The notes: a model not told the origin generated them from the sequence alone. A DNA stretch of 64,000 nucleotides from an uncultured Candidatus Entotheonella sp. (GCA_965215335.1 CBDCDA010000002.1:512001-576000); one strand, 5' to 3'; counted from the stretch's first letter, positions 51,320 to 61,799 are shown. A program made the numbers and translations.

Positions 51320-52287
51320 TTCGGCATGGCCTGCAGCAGCAGGGCGTAGAGCAACGGCAGCATGATCTCGTGATGTCCGGTGAGGGTATAGCCGCGGCCG
51401 CCGTCCTGGGTCGGGCGGCGCACGACGTTGGCTTCGGTACGGTAGTGCTGCAGCATGTCCAGGTTGACGGTCAGGAAGCGCTCGACCACGTGACCGGTGT
51501 TGCGGCACAGGGTCAGCGCCTTGAGAAACACCTCGGGCAGGAGCACGGCGGAGCCGACGTTCCAATAGCAGCCGCCGTCGTGGAGACCTCGGAGGAGCAT
51601 GGTTAAACGCTGAAAATCCACGTAGGTCGCGGCGCCGAGCAGAGCGGCGTCGGTACTGGGATGCATGTGGATGGTGTCGGCGCCAATGGCCACGTGCACC
51701 GTGACCGGTACCTGGCAGATATGCGCAGCGGCGAGAAGGCTATGGGTTTGGTACGGATAATCGCCTTCGGCGATCGCTTGCCCCAGCACGGCGCCGATGC
51801 CAAGCCGTCCCGCGTCGTGCGTTCTCAGGGCCTCGTTGATCAGGCGCGGTGTCTCTTCCACCATGCCGAAAGCCCCGGAACCGAGTCCTTGCGCCACGTC
51901 CTCCGATGTGGCGCCGATCAGCGCAACTTCGAGATCGTGAATCATCCCGGCACCGTTCAGGACAAGACCGCTCAGCCAGCCGCGCTGCATCATGTCGATG
52001 AGAATCAAGTTGAGGCCGCACTTGATGACGTGGGCGCCCATGGCCAGGATGATGGCTCGCCGGCGCTGGTGCGCGGCCACGAAGCCACCGACGATGTCGG
52101 CAAGGTCCAGGCCCTTCAGCAGACGCGGAAACAGCGCGCGCAGGTTGCCATTGGCCGGCCAGGCCCGCGGATCGACGAAATCGGCCACGTGCACCTTGTG
52201 CTGCCGGTCGCGCACCGAGACGGTGCGCACCCGTTGCAGAGCCCGCCGGTCTTCCGGCGTCACGGGACGAACGAGGGGGCGAGGCAT
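51313..52287 (-). CDS. Conserved protein, deoxyhypusine synthase-like fold
   Basis: GAHVIKCG, NGAGMIHDLE, GATSEDV, GSAVLLPEVFLK, GHHEIMLP. Confidence 0.7.
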   Translation of the reverse strand: MPRPLVRPVTPEDRRALQRVRTVSVRDRQHKVHVADFVDPRAWPANGNLRALFPRLLKGLDLADIVGGFVAAHQRRRAIILAMGAHVIKCGLNLILIDMMQRGWLSGLVLNGAGMIHDLEVALIGATSEDVAQGLGSGAFGMVEETPRLINEALRTHDAGRLGIGAVLGQAIAEGDYPYQTHSLLAAAHICQVPVTVHVAIGADTIHMHPSTDAALLGAATYVDFQRLTMLLRGLHDGGCYWNVGSAVLLPEVFLKALTLCRNTGHVVERFLTVNLDMLQHYRTEANVVRRPTQDGGRGYTLTGHHEIMLPLLYALLLQAMPNQ

Positions 52288-52410
52288 GCCGGAAATGGCT
52301 CCATTCACACAGGACCATACGAGGATACGGTTGCGGAGCATTATAGCAACGGCGGCTGTGCGGCGCGCGTATTCTATCCGAACCTTCACACCCGACAAGG
52401 CGGTGTTTTT

Positions 52411-52836
52411 TTGAGGCATCCCTCACCAATACATGACAAGCAACTGAAACTCTCGGCCCTTCAGCAAGCCGTCCTGCACTGGCTGCGACGTGAGCAGCGC
52501 CGTCGTCCGCAGCATGCGAACGCCGCCGGCATCCCCTACCCCGACCTCGTGCGCGCCCTCGACGTTGACCGCGCGGCGTTGTCCGCCTGCATCCGCCGCC
52601 TCATACGCAAGCGGCTCGTCGTTGCCACCCTGCCACGCGGCGCCTGGGTGCGCTACATCTCCCTGACCGGCAGGGGAGAAGCCAAACCCCGTCAGGAAAC
52701 ATCCAGGGAACGCAAGAAACACCGCCACCCGTCAGACCTGTGGGACCGCAAACCGCGCCGCGAGACCAGGACGCGCCGCCGCGCGTCCTGGAAGCCCCTG
52801 GTCGAAAGGGATAGGTGGGATGAAACCAACCGGTAA
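52411..52836 (+). CDS. Small basic winged-helix-like protein
   Basis: LSALQQAVL...DLVRALDVDRAALSACIRRL...ISLTGRG (MarR-like pattern); start uncertain. Confidence 0.5.
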   Translation: MRHPSPIHDKQLKLSALQQAVLHWLRREQRRRPQHANAAGIPYPDLVRALDVDRAALSACIRRLIRKRLVVATLPRGAWVRYISLTGRGEAKPRQETSRERKKHRHPSDLWDRKPRRETRTRRRASWKPLVERDRWDETNR

Positions 52837-53587
52837 CCGCAGGCTGACCCTGTTACACACCGCGGACGTGCATCTTGGCAACCCTGCTCCCGGCACGGCC
52901 GGGCTGCCCGGCGCCCACCGCGCCTTCGAGGCCATCGTCGACCGCGCCCTCGACGCCGAGGTTGATGTCTTCCTCATCGCCGGCGACCTCTTCGACCACA
53001 ACCGCGTTGCCGACGAGGTCGTCGGCTTTGCGCAGAGCCAATTGCGCCGCCTGCACTGCCCCGCCGTCATTCTGCCGGGCAACCACGACTGCCTGCACGC
53101 CAACGCCATCTACCACCGCCACGACTTCAGCACCGCATGCGGCAACGTGCGCGTCATTACCGAGCCGGACGGCCAAACGATCACCTTTTCCGATCTCGAC
53201 CTGGTTGTCTGGGGCCGGGCCATGGAAACACACGAGCCCGGCTTTCACCCGCTGGCGGATATCCCGACGCGGCAGGGCAAGCCGGCCCGCTGGCACGTGG
53301 TCATGGCACACGGCTTTTTCTATGAGGACTTCGAGACACCCGAACGATCGTCACCGATACGCGCTGTCGAGATTCGACAAACCGGCTGGGATTACGTCGC
53401 CATGGGCCACAAACACGTCATGGCGGACCACAGCCAGGGTAGCGTCGTGGCCTGGTATCCTGGCGCTCCCTTGGCGGAATGGAGTGCCGCACCGCCGGGG
53501 CACGTCCTGCTGGTTGAGTGCTGCCCCGAGCACGGCATCGTCGTACGACCCCAGCAGGTCACAGCGGGTTGCAAGGGCGGCTCATGA
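52820..53587 (+). CDS. Metallophosphoesterase, SbcD/Mre11-like
   Basis: HTADVHLG, AGDLFD, PGNHD, AHG, MGHKH, YPG. Confidence 0.88.
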   Translation: MKPTGNRRLTLLHTADVHLGNPAPGTAGLPGAHRAFEAIVDRALDAEVDVFLIAGDLFDHNRVADEVVGFAQSQLRRLHCPAVILPGNHDCLHANAIYHRHDFSTACGNVRVITEPDGQTITFSDLDLVVWGRAMETHEPGFHPLADIPTRQGKPARWHVVMAHGFFYEDFETPERSSPIRAVEIRQTGWDYVAMGHKHVMADHSQGSVVAWYPGAPLAEWSAAPPGHVLLVECCPEHGIVVRPQQVTAGCKGGS

Positions 53588-53600
53588 AGAACGGCAGACT

Positions 53601-53943
53601 TAGAGCGGTTTTCGCGTGACTATATGGGATAGTCGCAACGGGCAAACCAGCCTTGAGCATCCAGTGTCGTCACCGCCCGTCGTCGCCCCTGCAATCGTCA
53701 TCAACGCCTTGAGAGCCCCAAGCGGAAGCGCCCCCGTCAGCGTCACGTTCACCCCGGGGTCCTTGGGCACACCGGTCGCCGACGCGCCGGCCTCCGGGGG
53801 ACCCGCCCATACGTTCTTGTCATGGCCAGGTTGAGGCCCGATTCATCGATGAACATCAAGCGTTCGGAAGCAATCGAGGCGATCTGGGTGCGGTAGTACT
53901 GGCGGGCTTGGCGGACCCGTTCGGTGTCACCTTCGCACGCATA
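53601..53943 (-). mobile_element. Degraded IS630-family insertion sequence remnant
   Basis: Fragments LMFIDESGLNLAMTRTYGR, NVTLTGAL and C-terminal DAQGWFARCDYPI*; terminal TAGAGCGGTTTTC at 53601. Confidence 0.8.
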
Positions 53944-54177
53944 GATTACCTTCAATCGCTTTCCATGTCGTTTACTTCGTCGCATAGATCAGAAATAATG
54001 AATTCCCGAATGTATTTGTCGGTGATGTTGTCGAACCGGCCCTGCGGCAAAACGGTCGCCATGTTCTTCCGGCCTTAACTGATTCCTCTCCCACTGGGAA
54101 GCCGGGGTAAAGGCGCGTGGTCTGGAAGGCGGCGGCCGCGCTCGAGGCTTGCCGGCATGGGGTTGATTCGAATGCCC

Positions 54178-54630
54178 TCACCACCCCAGAATAAACGAAT
54201 TGCGCAGCAAGGCAACGCGCTCGCCGTCCTGATTGGTCACGGTGATTTCCCGCACCACGAAGCGCATGGTGCCGGAGCGTCCCGTCTTTTCGTACAGGTC
54301 GGCGAGGCGGGTCGTATAGGTCAGCATGTCGCCGGGATGGACGGGGCCGTAGAAGGTGCAGTCGTAACCGGCGTTGATACCGATGCCCCGGACCGCCATT
54401 GCGGGCGGGGCGATGGGGCCGGCGCCATGCCAGGTAACGAACGTGGGCAGCGCGATGATGTCGCGGTAGCCCCGGGCGCGTGCCGCTTCCGCGTCCACGT
54501 GTACCGGCTCGGTGCTTCCAAGAATACCGGCGTAGTCGAGGAGCATCTGGCGCGTGACGTGCTGCTCGGTGCGGCTATAGATCTTTCCTGCCAGGCCGCG
54601 GTCCCAATTGCGCATCGTCTGTTTTCCCAT
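54178..54630 (-). CDS. MaoC/FAS1-like dehydratase (hotdog fold)
   Basis: AARARGYRDIIALPTF, GPVHPGD, YEKTGRSGTMRF, TNQDGE. Confidence 0.8.
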   Translation of the reverse strand: MGKQTMRNWDRGLAGKIYSRTEQHVTRQMLLDYAGILGSTEPVHVDAEAARARGYRDIIALPTFVTWHGAGPIAPPAMAVRGIGINAGYDCTFYGPVHPGDMLTYTTRLADLYEKTGRSGTMRFVVREITVTNQDGERVALLRNSFILGW

Positions 54631-54635
54631 CATCC

Positions 54636-55385
54636 TCACCCGCTCGACTTGTGCTGCCTGGAGGCGCGGCGCAGCAACACGTAGACCGCGCCGGCACCGC
54701 CGTCAGCCGCCGGCGCAGTGGCAAACGCCAGCACCAAACGGCTCAGGCGCCCGTGGGACAGCCAGAGTTGCACTTGTTCCTTGATGACGGGCCGATTGTC
54801 CCTGGAGTTGCGCCCGCGGCCATGAATGACACGCACGCAGCGCTGCCCGGCGGTGTATGCCTGCGCCACGAAACGCTGCACGACGAGCTTTGCTGTTTCG
54901 ACCGTGTGGCCATGCAGGTCGCATTGCGCCTGGACGGCGAAATCGCCGTGATGCAGGCGCTGGGCCAGGCGACGGTCGACGCCCGGCGCCACGCCCTCCA
55001 TGTATTCATCCGTACACTGAATGGAAAAGGCGCCGCGCCCTTGGACGAGGTCGCGTAATTCGTCCAGGGCGTCCGGTCTTTCGTAAGCACTCGCCCTGCG
55101 CTGCGGCCGTGGCTTGTCCACACGCCCGCGTGGGTCCTTGGGCAGGGGTGTAACGCCAGTCATTTCAGACAGGAACAACGCCCTCTCCCGCCGTGCCCGT
55201 TCGGTGGCGGTGACAAGAGCGTATCCGGGAATGGGGGCAGACTTTGGCGTGGACGGTGTGGGGACAGGCCGCGTTGCAACCTCGCGCAGTTTTTCTCTGA
55301 CCTCACCGAAGGGTCTGTGGAAATTTTCTTCCTGCGGTACGGCGGTCAAGACGGGAGGTCGGGATTTTCGTCGCTTGCGTCCCAT
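54636..55385 (-). CDS. Smr/MutS2 domain protein
   Basis: DLHGHT, VIHGRG, DGGAGAVYVLL. Confidence 0.88.
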   Translation of the reverse strand: MGRKRRKSRPPVLTAVPQEENFHRPFGEVREKLREVATRPVPTPSTPKSAPIPGYALVTATERARRERALFLSEMTGVTPLPKDPRGRVDKPRPQRRASAYERPDALDELRDLVQGRGAFSIQCTDEYMEGVAPGVDRRLAQRLHHGDFAVQAQCDLHGHTVETAKLVVQRFVAQAYTAGQRCVRVIHGRGRNSRDNRPVIKEQVQLWLSHGRLSRLVLAFATAPAADGGAGAVYVLLRRASRQHKSSG

Positions 55386-55390
55386 GGCCT

Positions 55391-56674
55391 TCACGTCCTG
55401 TAAGCACGATCCAGCATCTCGATCGGGTGGAGGATTTCGGCGGCCAGCCCATGCCGCGCAGCCCCTTGGCGCAATTGCAGGAGGCAGCCGGGATTGCCGC
55501 TGACGACGGCATCGGGCCGCACCGATGCGAGGTGGGCCATTTTGCGGTCGAGGAGCGCCTCGGCCGTTTCCGGCTGGAGCAGATTGAAGGTACCCGCGCT
55601 GCCGCAGCACCAGTCGCTCTCGGAAACCTCCAACAGTTCCAGTCCCGGCACCTGCCGCAGCAATTCCCTCGGTTGCTGGCGGATCCGCTGCCCATGCGAC
55701 AGGTGACACGGGTCATCATACGCTACCCGTAACGGCACGGGATGAAGAGGCCCTTGCAGGGGAGTGGCGGCCAACAGCTCGCTGACATCACGCACGCGGA
55801 CGCCAAAAGCCCCGGCGCGCGCCGCAAAATCGGGATCGTTGGCCAGCAAATGGCCGTAGTCCTTCATCAACGCCCCGCAGCCCGCGGCGTTGACCACGAA
55901 CCAGTCCGCCCCGCTCGCTTCAAAAGCGGCAACGTGGTGCCGCGCCAGCCGCCGCGCACCTTGCAAGTCGTTGGCATGCGCCTGCAACGCCCCGCAGCAC
56001 GGCTGCGCCGGAGGGCTCAGCACGCGGTAGCCATTGCGGGCCAACACCCGTACGGTGGCGCGATTCACGTGCGGCAGAACCTGTGGCGTCACGCAACCCG
56101 TGAGCAGAACCACCCGACCGCGCTCCCCGTCATGCGCGGGCGTTTCCACTGGCAGGGACTGGCGCGCCCTTGCGGGCGGAACGGGCGGCAAGAAGGCCTC
56201 CATGACAGCAAGCCCTGGCGCCAACCGGGGCAACAGACCGCTCAAGCGCACGAGCGACTGCACGCCACTGATCTGATACACGCGCAGGAGGTTGGCCAGT
56301 TGATACAGACGGTGCGGAGACGGCAGAAGGTGTTCCATGAACAGCCGGCGCAGCCAGCCGCCGAGACGCGATGCGGGCTGCCCAGCGCCCGCCGCAACGC
56401 GTCCGGCCTCCAACAGCCGGCCGAATTCCACCCCGGCCGGACAGGCCGTTTCGCAGGCGCGGCAGCCGAGGCAGAGGCCGAGGGGTGTGACAATGTCTTC
56501 GGGATCAAGAACGCCGTCGGCCACCGCGACCATCATGTCGATGCGACCGCGGGGCGACGCCGCTTCACTGCCGGTGAGGTTATAGGTGGGGCAGACAGGC
56601 AGGCAGAAGCCGCACTTGATGCAGCTCGTCTCGGCCTGTCGCAGTGCTTCCTGCAAGGCGGACACCGGCGTCAT
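55391..56674 (-). CDS. GlcF-like Fe-S oxidoreductase (two 4Fe-4S motifs plus CCG domains)
   Basis: CIKCGFCLPVCP, CLGCRACETACP, CCGA, DPCHL, CCGSAG. Confidence 0.88.
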   Translation of the reverse strand: MTPVSALQEALRQAETSCIKCGFCLPVCPTYNLTGSEAASPRGRIDMMVAVADGVLDPEDIVTPLGLCLGCRACETACPAGVEFGRLLEAGRVAAGAGQPASRLGGWLRRLFMEHLLPSPHRLYQLANLLRVYQISGVQSLVRLSGLLPRLAPGLAVMEAFLPPVPPARARQSLPVETPAHDGERGRVVLLTGCVTPQVLPHVNRATVRVLARNGYRVLSPPAQPCCGALQAHANDLQGARRLARHHVAAFEASGADWFVVNAAGCGALMKDYGHLLANDPDFAARAGAFGVRVRDVSELLAATPLQGPLHPVPLRVAYDDPCHLSHGQRIRQQPRELLRQVPGLELLEVSESDWCCGSAGTFNLLQPETAEALLDRKMAHLASVRPDAVVSGNPGCLLQLRQGAARHGLAAEILHPIEMLDRAYRT

Positions 56675-56677
56675 GGC

Positions 56678-57697
56678 TTACAGGTTCGCCTGTGGGACAG
56701 CGTAGTTCCTGTCCTTCTTGTAAATCTGCAGGCGACCGCGCTGGCAATCCGCCACGATGATCAAATCCCGCTCCGCGTCGAACGCCACGGCAACGGGGTA
56801 GTAGAAGCGCCATTCGGGCTCCAGGCTTTTCACCCGGCGGCGCATCTTGGCCATGTCGGGATTGGCGTCGATCGATTGCTGGCCCCATTTGGACAGCCAC
56901 TGCGCGTCGCCGATCAGGGACGTAATCAGGTCGCCATCCGGCCGGTAGATGCGCAGCTTGTGATGGCCCCAATCGGTGATGTAGACGTCGTCGTCCGTAT
57001 CCACGGCAATGCCAGTCGGATGGTCGAGGTCGCGCGGGCCGTCCCCAGGCTGGCCGAATTGCATGACGAACTCGCCGTTACGGTCGCGCTTTTGCACCCG
57101 GCCGTTTTTCCAGTCGGCCACGTACACGGCGCCGTGCGCGTCGATGTGGATGCCCCAGGGGGTGTCCAGCTGGTCGGGGCCGCTGCCCTGCGCGCCCCAG
57201 CCCGACACGTACTTGCCGTCCGTCGTGTACGCCTGCACGCGGTGATTGCGGCTGTCGACCACGTAGAGATGATCGTCCGCATCAAAGGCCAGGCCAGCGG
57301 GGCCGTCGAACTCGCCGGGGCCGCTTCCCGCCGTACCCCATTGCTCGATGAAATTGCCGTCGGGGTCAAACACGGCGATACGGTTCAGCCAGTCGTCCGA
57401 TACGTAAACCCGCCCCTGCTTGTCGAGGGCCACGGAATTGGGCCACAACGCCTGCCCCGGATTCGAGCCGTAGCGGCAGAACTCGGCGAGCACTTTCTCC
57501 TCGCCCGGCTCGCCGACGAACACCTTCGTAAGCCGCGAGCCGTAGTTCGTCTCGTTGCCGCGGCTGACGACGTACATCACGCCCTGCGACGCCAGCGCAA
57601 TGGCGCAGGGATAGGAGAACCCATCGCCGGCCGCGGCGTTGCGGCCGACGGCGTGACTGAAATCGTAGACACGCCCAGCGATTACGGTAGTCAACAT
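56678..57697 (-). CDS. NHL-repeat beta-propeller protein
   Basis: Repeated G.GPG.F..P.G...D..G.VYV.D..N.R units. Confidence 0.9.
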   Translation of the reverse strand: MLTTVIAGRVYDFSHAVGRNAAAGDGFSYPCAIALASQGVMYVVSRGNETNYGSRLTKVFVGEPGEEKVLAEFCRYGSNPGQALWPNSVALDKQGRVYVSDDWLNRIAVFDPDGNFIEQWGTAGSGPGEFDGPAGLAFDADDHLYVVDSRNHRVQAYTTDGKYVSGWGAQGSGPDQLDTPWGIHIDAHGAVYVADWKNGRVQKRDRNGEFVMQFGQPGDGPRDLDHPTGIAVDTDDDVYITDWGHHKLRIYRPDGDLITSLIGDAQWLSKWGQQSIDANPDMAKMRRRVKSLEPEWRFYYPVAVAFDAERDLIIVADCQRGRLQIYKKDRNYAVPQANL

Positions 57698-57709
57698 GGG
57701 TGCTTCCTT

Positions 57710-58843
57710 CTACGCCTTGGCGATGAACGCCGGACTCTCAAAGGCGCCGCCGACAATCGACGGGGCGTCCAGCTCCAGCCAGTTTTCCAGAAGCGTGGTA
57801 TACACGCCGCGGAAATCCTGATGCGGCATCAGGTCGCCTTGCGTCAGGTCCGCGGCCTTCAGCGACGGATAGTCGCCGTACATGCCGCCTTTGACGGATT
57901 CGCCAAGGGCGAAGGCCACGCCACCGGCGCCGTGGTCGGTCCCGGAGCCATTGTCGTGCACCCGGCGCCCGAACTCCGTGAAGATCAGCATCACGACATT
58001 GTCAGCGGCCTCGTGCTCGCGCAGGTCGGCGAAGAAGGCGCTGACGCCTTCCGAAACCTCGCGCCACAGCTTGGCGTGCTCACCGGCCTGGCTGGCGTGG
58101 GTGTCAAAGCTGCCGTGGTCCAGGTAGAAGATACGGGTACCCACTTCGGCGCTATGAACCTGCGCCACGCCGCGCAGCTTGCGGGCCACCTTGGAATCGG
58201 GGTACGTGACGCTGGATCGATAGCGCTGTGGCGCCTCCTTGAGAATGTCCGCGCCGGCCATGGAATCGAGGCCCGTTTGCCCCATGTAATCCATCACCGC
58301 GCCCAGACCAATGGCCGGGGCGTAGGCGTTCTTGAAGCGCTCGAGCACTTTCTGCCGCCGCTGCCCCTCGATTCCCGGCAACATGCCGTAGGTTTCCAGG
58401 TCGCCGCTGACGCACGCCACGGGAACACCGGGAAGCGCCATGGCGCGGTACATGCTGGGGCCGAAGCTGACACCGGTCACCACGTTTTCCTTGTTGGGGT
58501 CGATGTCCCGCAGCGCGCGGCCCAGCCAACCCTCGGTGCCGACGGTGTCCGGCTCGCAAGTGTGCCAGATGTCCATGGAGCGAAAGTGCGAACGCGGCGA
58601 ATTGGCATAGCCGACACCATGGATGACCGCCATGTCACCGGCATCGTAGAACGATTTCAGGGCTTCCATGCTCGGGTGAAAGCCCAGGGCCCGATCAATC
58701 GGGATGATCTGGTCCTCGGCAATGCTCACCGCCGGGCGGTTTTCCCAGTACAGCGAGTCGGCATACGGGATGACCGTGTTCAGGTAGTCATTCCCGCCGC
58801 TCAACTGCAACACGACCAGAACGGGTTCTTTTTTCTCTGCCAC
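57710..58843 (-). CDS. DUF1501 domain protein
   Basis: QLSGGNDYLN, SHFRSMDIW, FDTH, EFGRRV, GTDHG, DFRGVY. Confidence 0.88.
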   Translation of the reverse strand: MAEKKEPVLVVLQLSGGNDYLNTVIPYADSLYWENRPAVSIAEDQIIPIDRALGFHPSMEALKSFYDAGDMAVIHGVGYANSPRSHFRSMDIWHTCEPDTVGTEGWLGRALRDIDPNKENVVTGVSFGPSMYRAMALPGVPVACVSGDLETYGMLPGIEGQRRQKVLERFKNAYAPAIGLGAVMDYMGQTGLDSMAGADILKEAPQRYRSSVTYPDSKVARKLRGVAQVHSAEVGTRIFYLDHGSFDTHASQAGEHAKLWREVSEGVSAFFADLREHEAADNVVMLIFTEFGRRVHDNGSGTDHGAGGVAFALGESVKGGMYGDYPSLKAADLTQGDLMPHQDFRGVYTTLLENWLELDAPSIVGGAFESPAFIAKA

Positions 58844-58897
58844 GACTCAATCTCCCCCCTCTTGTGGTTCAGGCGCGACCCACGCCTTGGTGGCCGG

Positions 58898-60307
58898 TTA
58901 GTTGAATTGATACTCACGCATGGCGACGATCAACTGCAGCATCTCGCCGACCCGCGCCACGGATGTCTCCACCTCGTCCGCCGATCCCCAAGTCAGCGGA
59001 CCGCCCTCGCGGGCCTGCTCCAGAAGCTCCTGCCGGGTATCCGTGCCCACCTGCAGGGGGCCCATCAGGTCCAGGCAGCTGTTCACAAAGGCTTCAGGAT
59101 CAAGGGAACCCTTGGTCCTGAGACGACCGACCAGGTCCTGCACACCCGGCAGATCGGTATTGCCGACCATGTCGGCCACGAAGTTGATACGGCTCATCAG
59201 CGAGCCGCTGTTGATCCATTCCTTGCCGGTATGCCAGCCCTCCACGCTGGGCGGATTGAGCAGATCCTGCCCCATGTAGGTCGGCTGCAGGGCGACCTCG
59301 CGGCCGTAATCGGGACGCGGTATCTCGGCACCGCCCACCAGGCGCAGGGTGCCGACGACCAGCTCCGCCGGGCTCTTCACCTTGGTGAAGGAGGCTTCCT
59401 TGAAGAAATCGGAGGTAAACAGCGTGGTCAGCACCGCCTTCATGTCGCAGCCCGATTCCTCGAAGGCATGGGCCAAGGCTGCCACCGCCGCCTCGTCCCG
59501 AGGCGGGGTGATCTTCCAGCTTGGCACCTGCGGCTCGTCGGCCACGAAAAAGTTGTACAGGTGACGCGCGATGAAACGGCCGCACGCCGGCTGCTGCACG
59601 ACGATGTCGATGATGTCCTCGCCATTGAAATTGCCGACGTGACCCAGAAACGCTTTCTCGCCGTCGTCGTGGTCCTCCGCAATATACTCGAACTCCCAGG
59701 GAAAACGACCGTATGGCAGGCGTGGAATCTTGACCGAGAACGTCCAGCCGGTGAAGGCGCGCGACGCCTCGCGTACGTCCGTCTCGGTGTAATTCCCCTG
59801 GCCCATACTGAACAACTCCAACAGTTCCCGCCCCCAGTTCTCGTTCACGGCATCCTTGTGGTTCTCGTTGTTGTCCAGCCAGTAAATCATCGCCGGGTCC
59901 TTGGCCAGGGCTACCAGCAAATCGCGGTAATTGCCCATGCCGCGCTGCCGGAACATGGCGATCTGCGCCAGCAACTGATCGTAGTTGTCCACCTTGGAAT
60001 TGCCAGTAGCGAAGACGTGGTGCCAGAAGAGCGCCATCTTCTCCTCAAGAGGCCGCTGGGTGTTCACCATGTGGAACATCCAGTTGACGTTCCCCATGGG
60101 CGGCATGCCGCCCGGCAGCAGCGCGGCGGGCTGGTAGCGAAGCAGGACGTATTCGTCTGCCAGATCGCTGTTCTCGGTGTGAATCAACTCTTCAACCGTC
60201 GCCTCATAGCCTTTGGCAGCGCGCCGCTCCAACTCCTCGCGCGGCGCCCCGAAGCCGGCCCGACGCATCAGGTGGGCCATCAATCCGACATCGTGATTAT
60301 CTACCAT
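58898..60307 (-). CDS. DUF1800 domain protein
   Basis: HLMRRAGFG, LFWHHVFAT, NENWGRELLELFSMG, AFTGW, KSPAEL, PPSVEGW. Confidence 0.9.
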   Translation of the reverse strand: MVDNHDVGLMAHLMRRAGFGAPREELERRAAKGYEATVEELIHTENSDLADEYVLLRYQPAALLPGGMPPMGNVNWMFHMVNTQRPLEEKMALFWHHVFATGNSKVDNYDQLLAQIAMFRQRGMGNYRDLLVALAKDPAMIYWLDNNENHKDAVNENWGRELLELFSMGQGNYTETDVREASRAFTGWTFSVKIPRLPYGRFPWEFEYIAEDHDDGEKAFLGHVGNFNGEDIIDIVVQQPACGRFIARHLYNFFVADEPQVPSWKITPPRDEAAVAALAHAFEESGCDMKAVLTTLFTSDFFKEASFTKVKSPAELVVGTLRLVGGAEIPRPDYGREVALQPTYMGQDLLNPPSVEGWHTGKEWINSGSLMSRINFVADMVGNTDLPGVQDLVGRLRTKGSLDPEAFVNSCLDLMGPLQVGTDTRQELLEQAREGGPLTWGSADEVETSVARVGEMLQLIVAMREYQFN

Positions 60308-60389
60308 TGCTTTCTCCTCCTCACGGCGTTGACATTCTCCCCCCACACGGACTCCCGCTGGCACGAAAGCGGCAGACGCACGGGAATCA

Positions 60390-61799
60390 TCATTCCCGCG
60401 CCAGCCGGAACCTCGATCGCCTCCTTCGCCTCTTGTGTCTCAGGTAGGCAATGTACAGCCGGCCGACAATGAGGACCATCACCACAACCGCCGCCCATAT
60501 GTAGAGTTTCTTCTTCTTGGGGTCGAGCAAATGCCAACCGTGGGTCAACACCTTTGGAAGACCCCCTCGCTGAACGGAGCTGTCGGCGATTAGCGATATG
60601 GATGTCAGCGGCCTGCCGTTCAGCCCGACCACGTATTCGCCAATCACCTGCTGGTCCTGCACCGGGGCAATCAGGTAGTCGGGCAACGTGTCGCGGCGTT
60701 CGAGCTTTTCCTTGAATTCATCAGGCACGATGAGCATCGGGTTGTGCTCCGCCACCACGCTGATGCTGTCCCTCTGGCCTTTGAACACCGGTAGCTCGAA
60801 CACCGCGCCGGGTTCCTGGAAGACGTCGACGAAGGCAAAACGACGGTATCCGTAGTTGAGCAGCTTGGCCGACTCCTCCGTGCGCACGGCAGGACTGGTC
60901 GCCCCCATGAGAACGGCAATCAAACGGCGCCCTTCCCGTTCAGCGGTGGACAGCAAATGATAGCCGGAGGCGGCGGTAAAACCGGTTTTCAGACCGTCGA
61001 CCGAGGAATCCCTCCGCAGCAGCCGGTTGCGGTTATACTGGCGTATGTCGGAGAAGGTGTACTCCGCAAGGGAATGATACCGCAGCGCTTGTGGGAAATC
61101 TCTCAGGTAGTGCATGGCCAACAGGGCCATGTCGCGGGCCGTGGTAAGTTGCCCGCGGCTTGGCAGCCCATGCGAATTGCTGAAGTGACTGTTCGCCATG
61201 CCCAGTTTGCCAGCCGTCTCGTTCATGATCTCGACGAACGCATCCTCACTGCCAAAGAAGTGCTCGGCTATCGCCACGCAGGCGTCGTTGCCGGACACGA
61301 CGGCGATGCCCTTGATCAGTTCTTCCAGCGGCACTCTTTCTCCCTCCCGAACGAACATTTTCGAGCCGCCTGTTCGCCAGGCTTTCTCGCTGATGAAGAC
61401 CTCGTCGCTGAGTGCCGCCTGACCCTTTCCAATGAGATCGAAGACGACGTACAACGTGAGTATCTTGGCAAAAGAGGCAGGAGGAATCTGCTCGTCCTCG
61501 TTCTGCTGCTGGAGGATCTTGCCGCTGGAGTATTCCACGAGCACGGAACTCTTGGCACGGACCGACAGGCCGCTCCCTGGTTCGAGCATCAGGTAGGGTT
61601 CCGGGATTTCAGGCTCGGGCCTGGCGACGGAAGCCGCGGAAGAGATCTCCGCACGTTCAGGAACGGTGGCTTCCGTGGGAGGCACGGGAGTGGGGGCCTC
61701 GTCCTGAGCGTGCAAGCAGCCGAAGAAGAATAGCACGAACAAGCCGCTTGGCAGCAACAACCGCATGAGGCGGCGATTCCGGGAATCAGTCACGTGCAA
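60390..61799 (-). CDS. D-alanyl-D-alanine carboxypeptidase (peptidase S11, DacA-like)
   Basis: ASFAK (SxxK), SGN, KTG motifs; C-terminal TM helix and basic tail. Confidence 0.93.
   Translation of the reverse strand: MHVTDSRNRRLMRLLLPSGLFVLFFFGCLHAQDEAPTPVPPTEATVPERAEISSAASVARPEPEIPEPYLMLEPGSGLSVRAKSSVLVEYSSGKILQQQNEDEQIPPASFAKILTLYVVFDLIGKGQAALSDEVFISEKAWRTGGSKMFVREGERVPLEELIKGIAVVSGNDACVAIAEHFFGSEDAFVEIMNETAGKLGMANSHFSNSHGLPSRGQLTTARDMALLAMHYLRDFPQALRYHSLAEYTFSDIRQYNRNRLLRRDSSVDGLKTGFTAASGYHLLSTAEREGRRLIAVLMGATSPAVRTEESAKLLNYGYRRFAFVDVFQEPGAVFELPVFKGQRDSISVVAEHNPMLIVPDEFKEKLERRDTLPDYLIAPVQDQQVIGEYVVGLNGRPLTSISLIADSSVQRGGLPKVLTHGWHLLDPKKKKLYIWAAVVVMVLIVGRLYIAYLRHKRRRRRSRFRLARE

Noticed and set aside
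55742..60472. 1576-aa plus-strand ORF, and similar long ORFs at 18729-20774, 15626-17563, 38933-40669 and 2312-4135
   Set aside because: Antisense shadows of well-supported genes in high-GC DNA; no recognisable motifs
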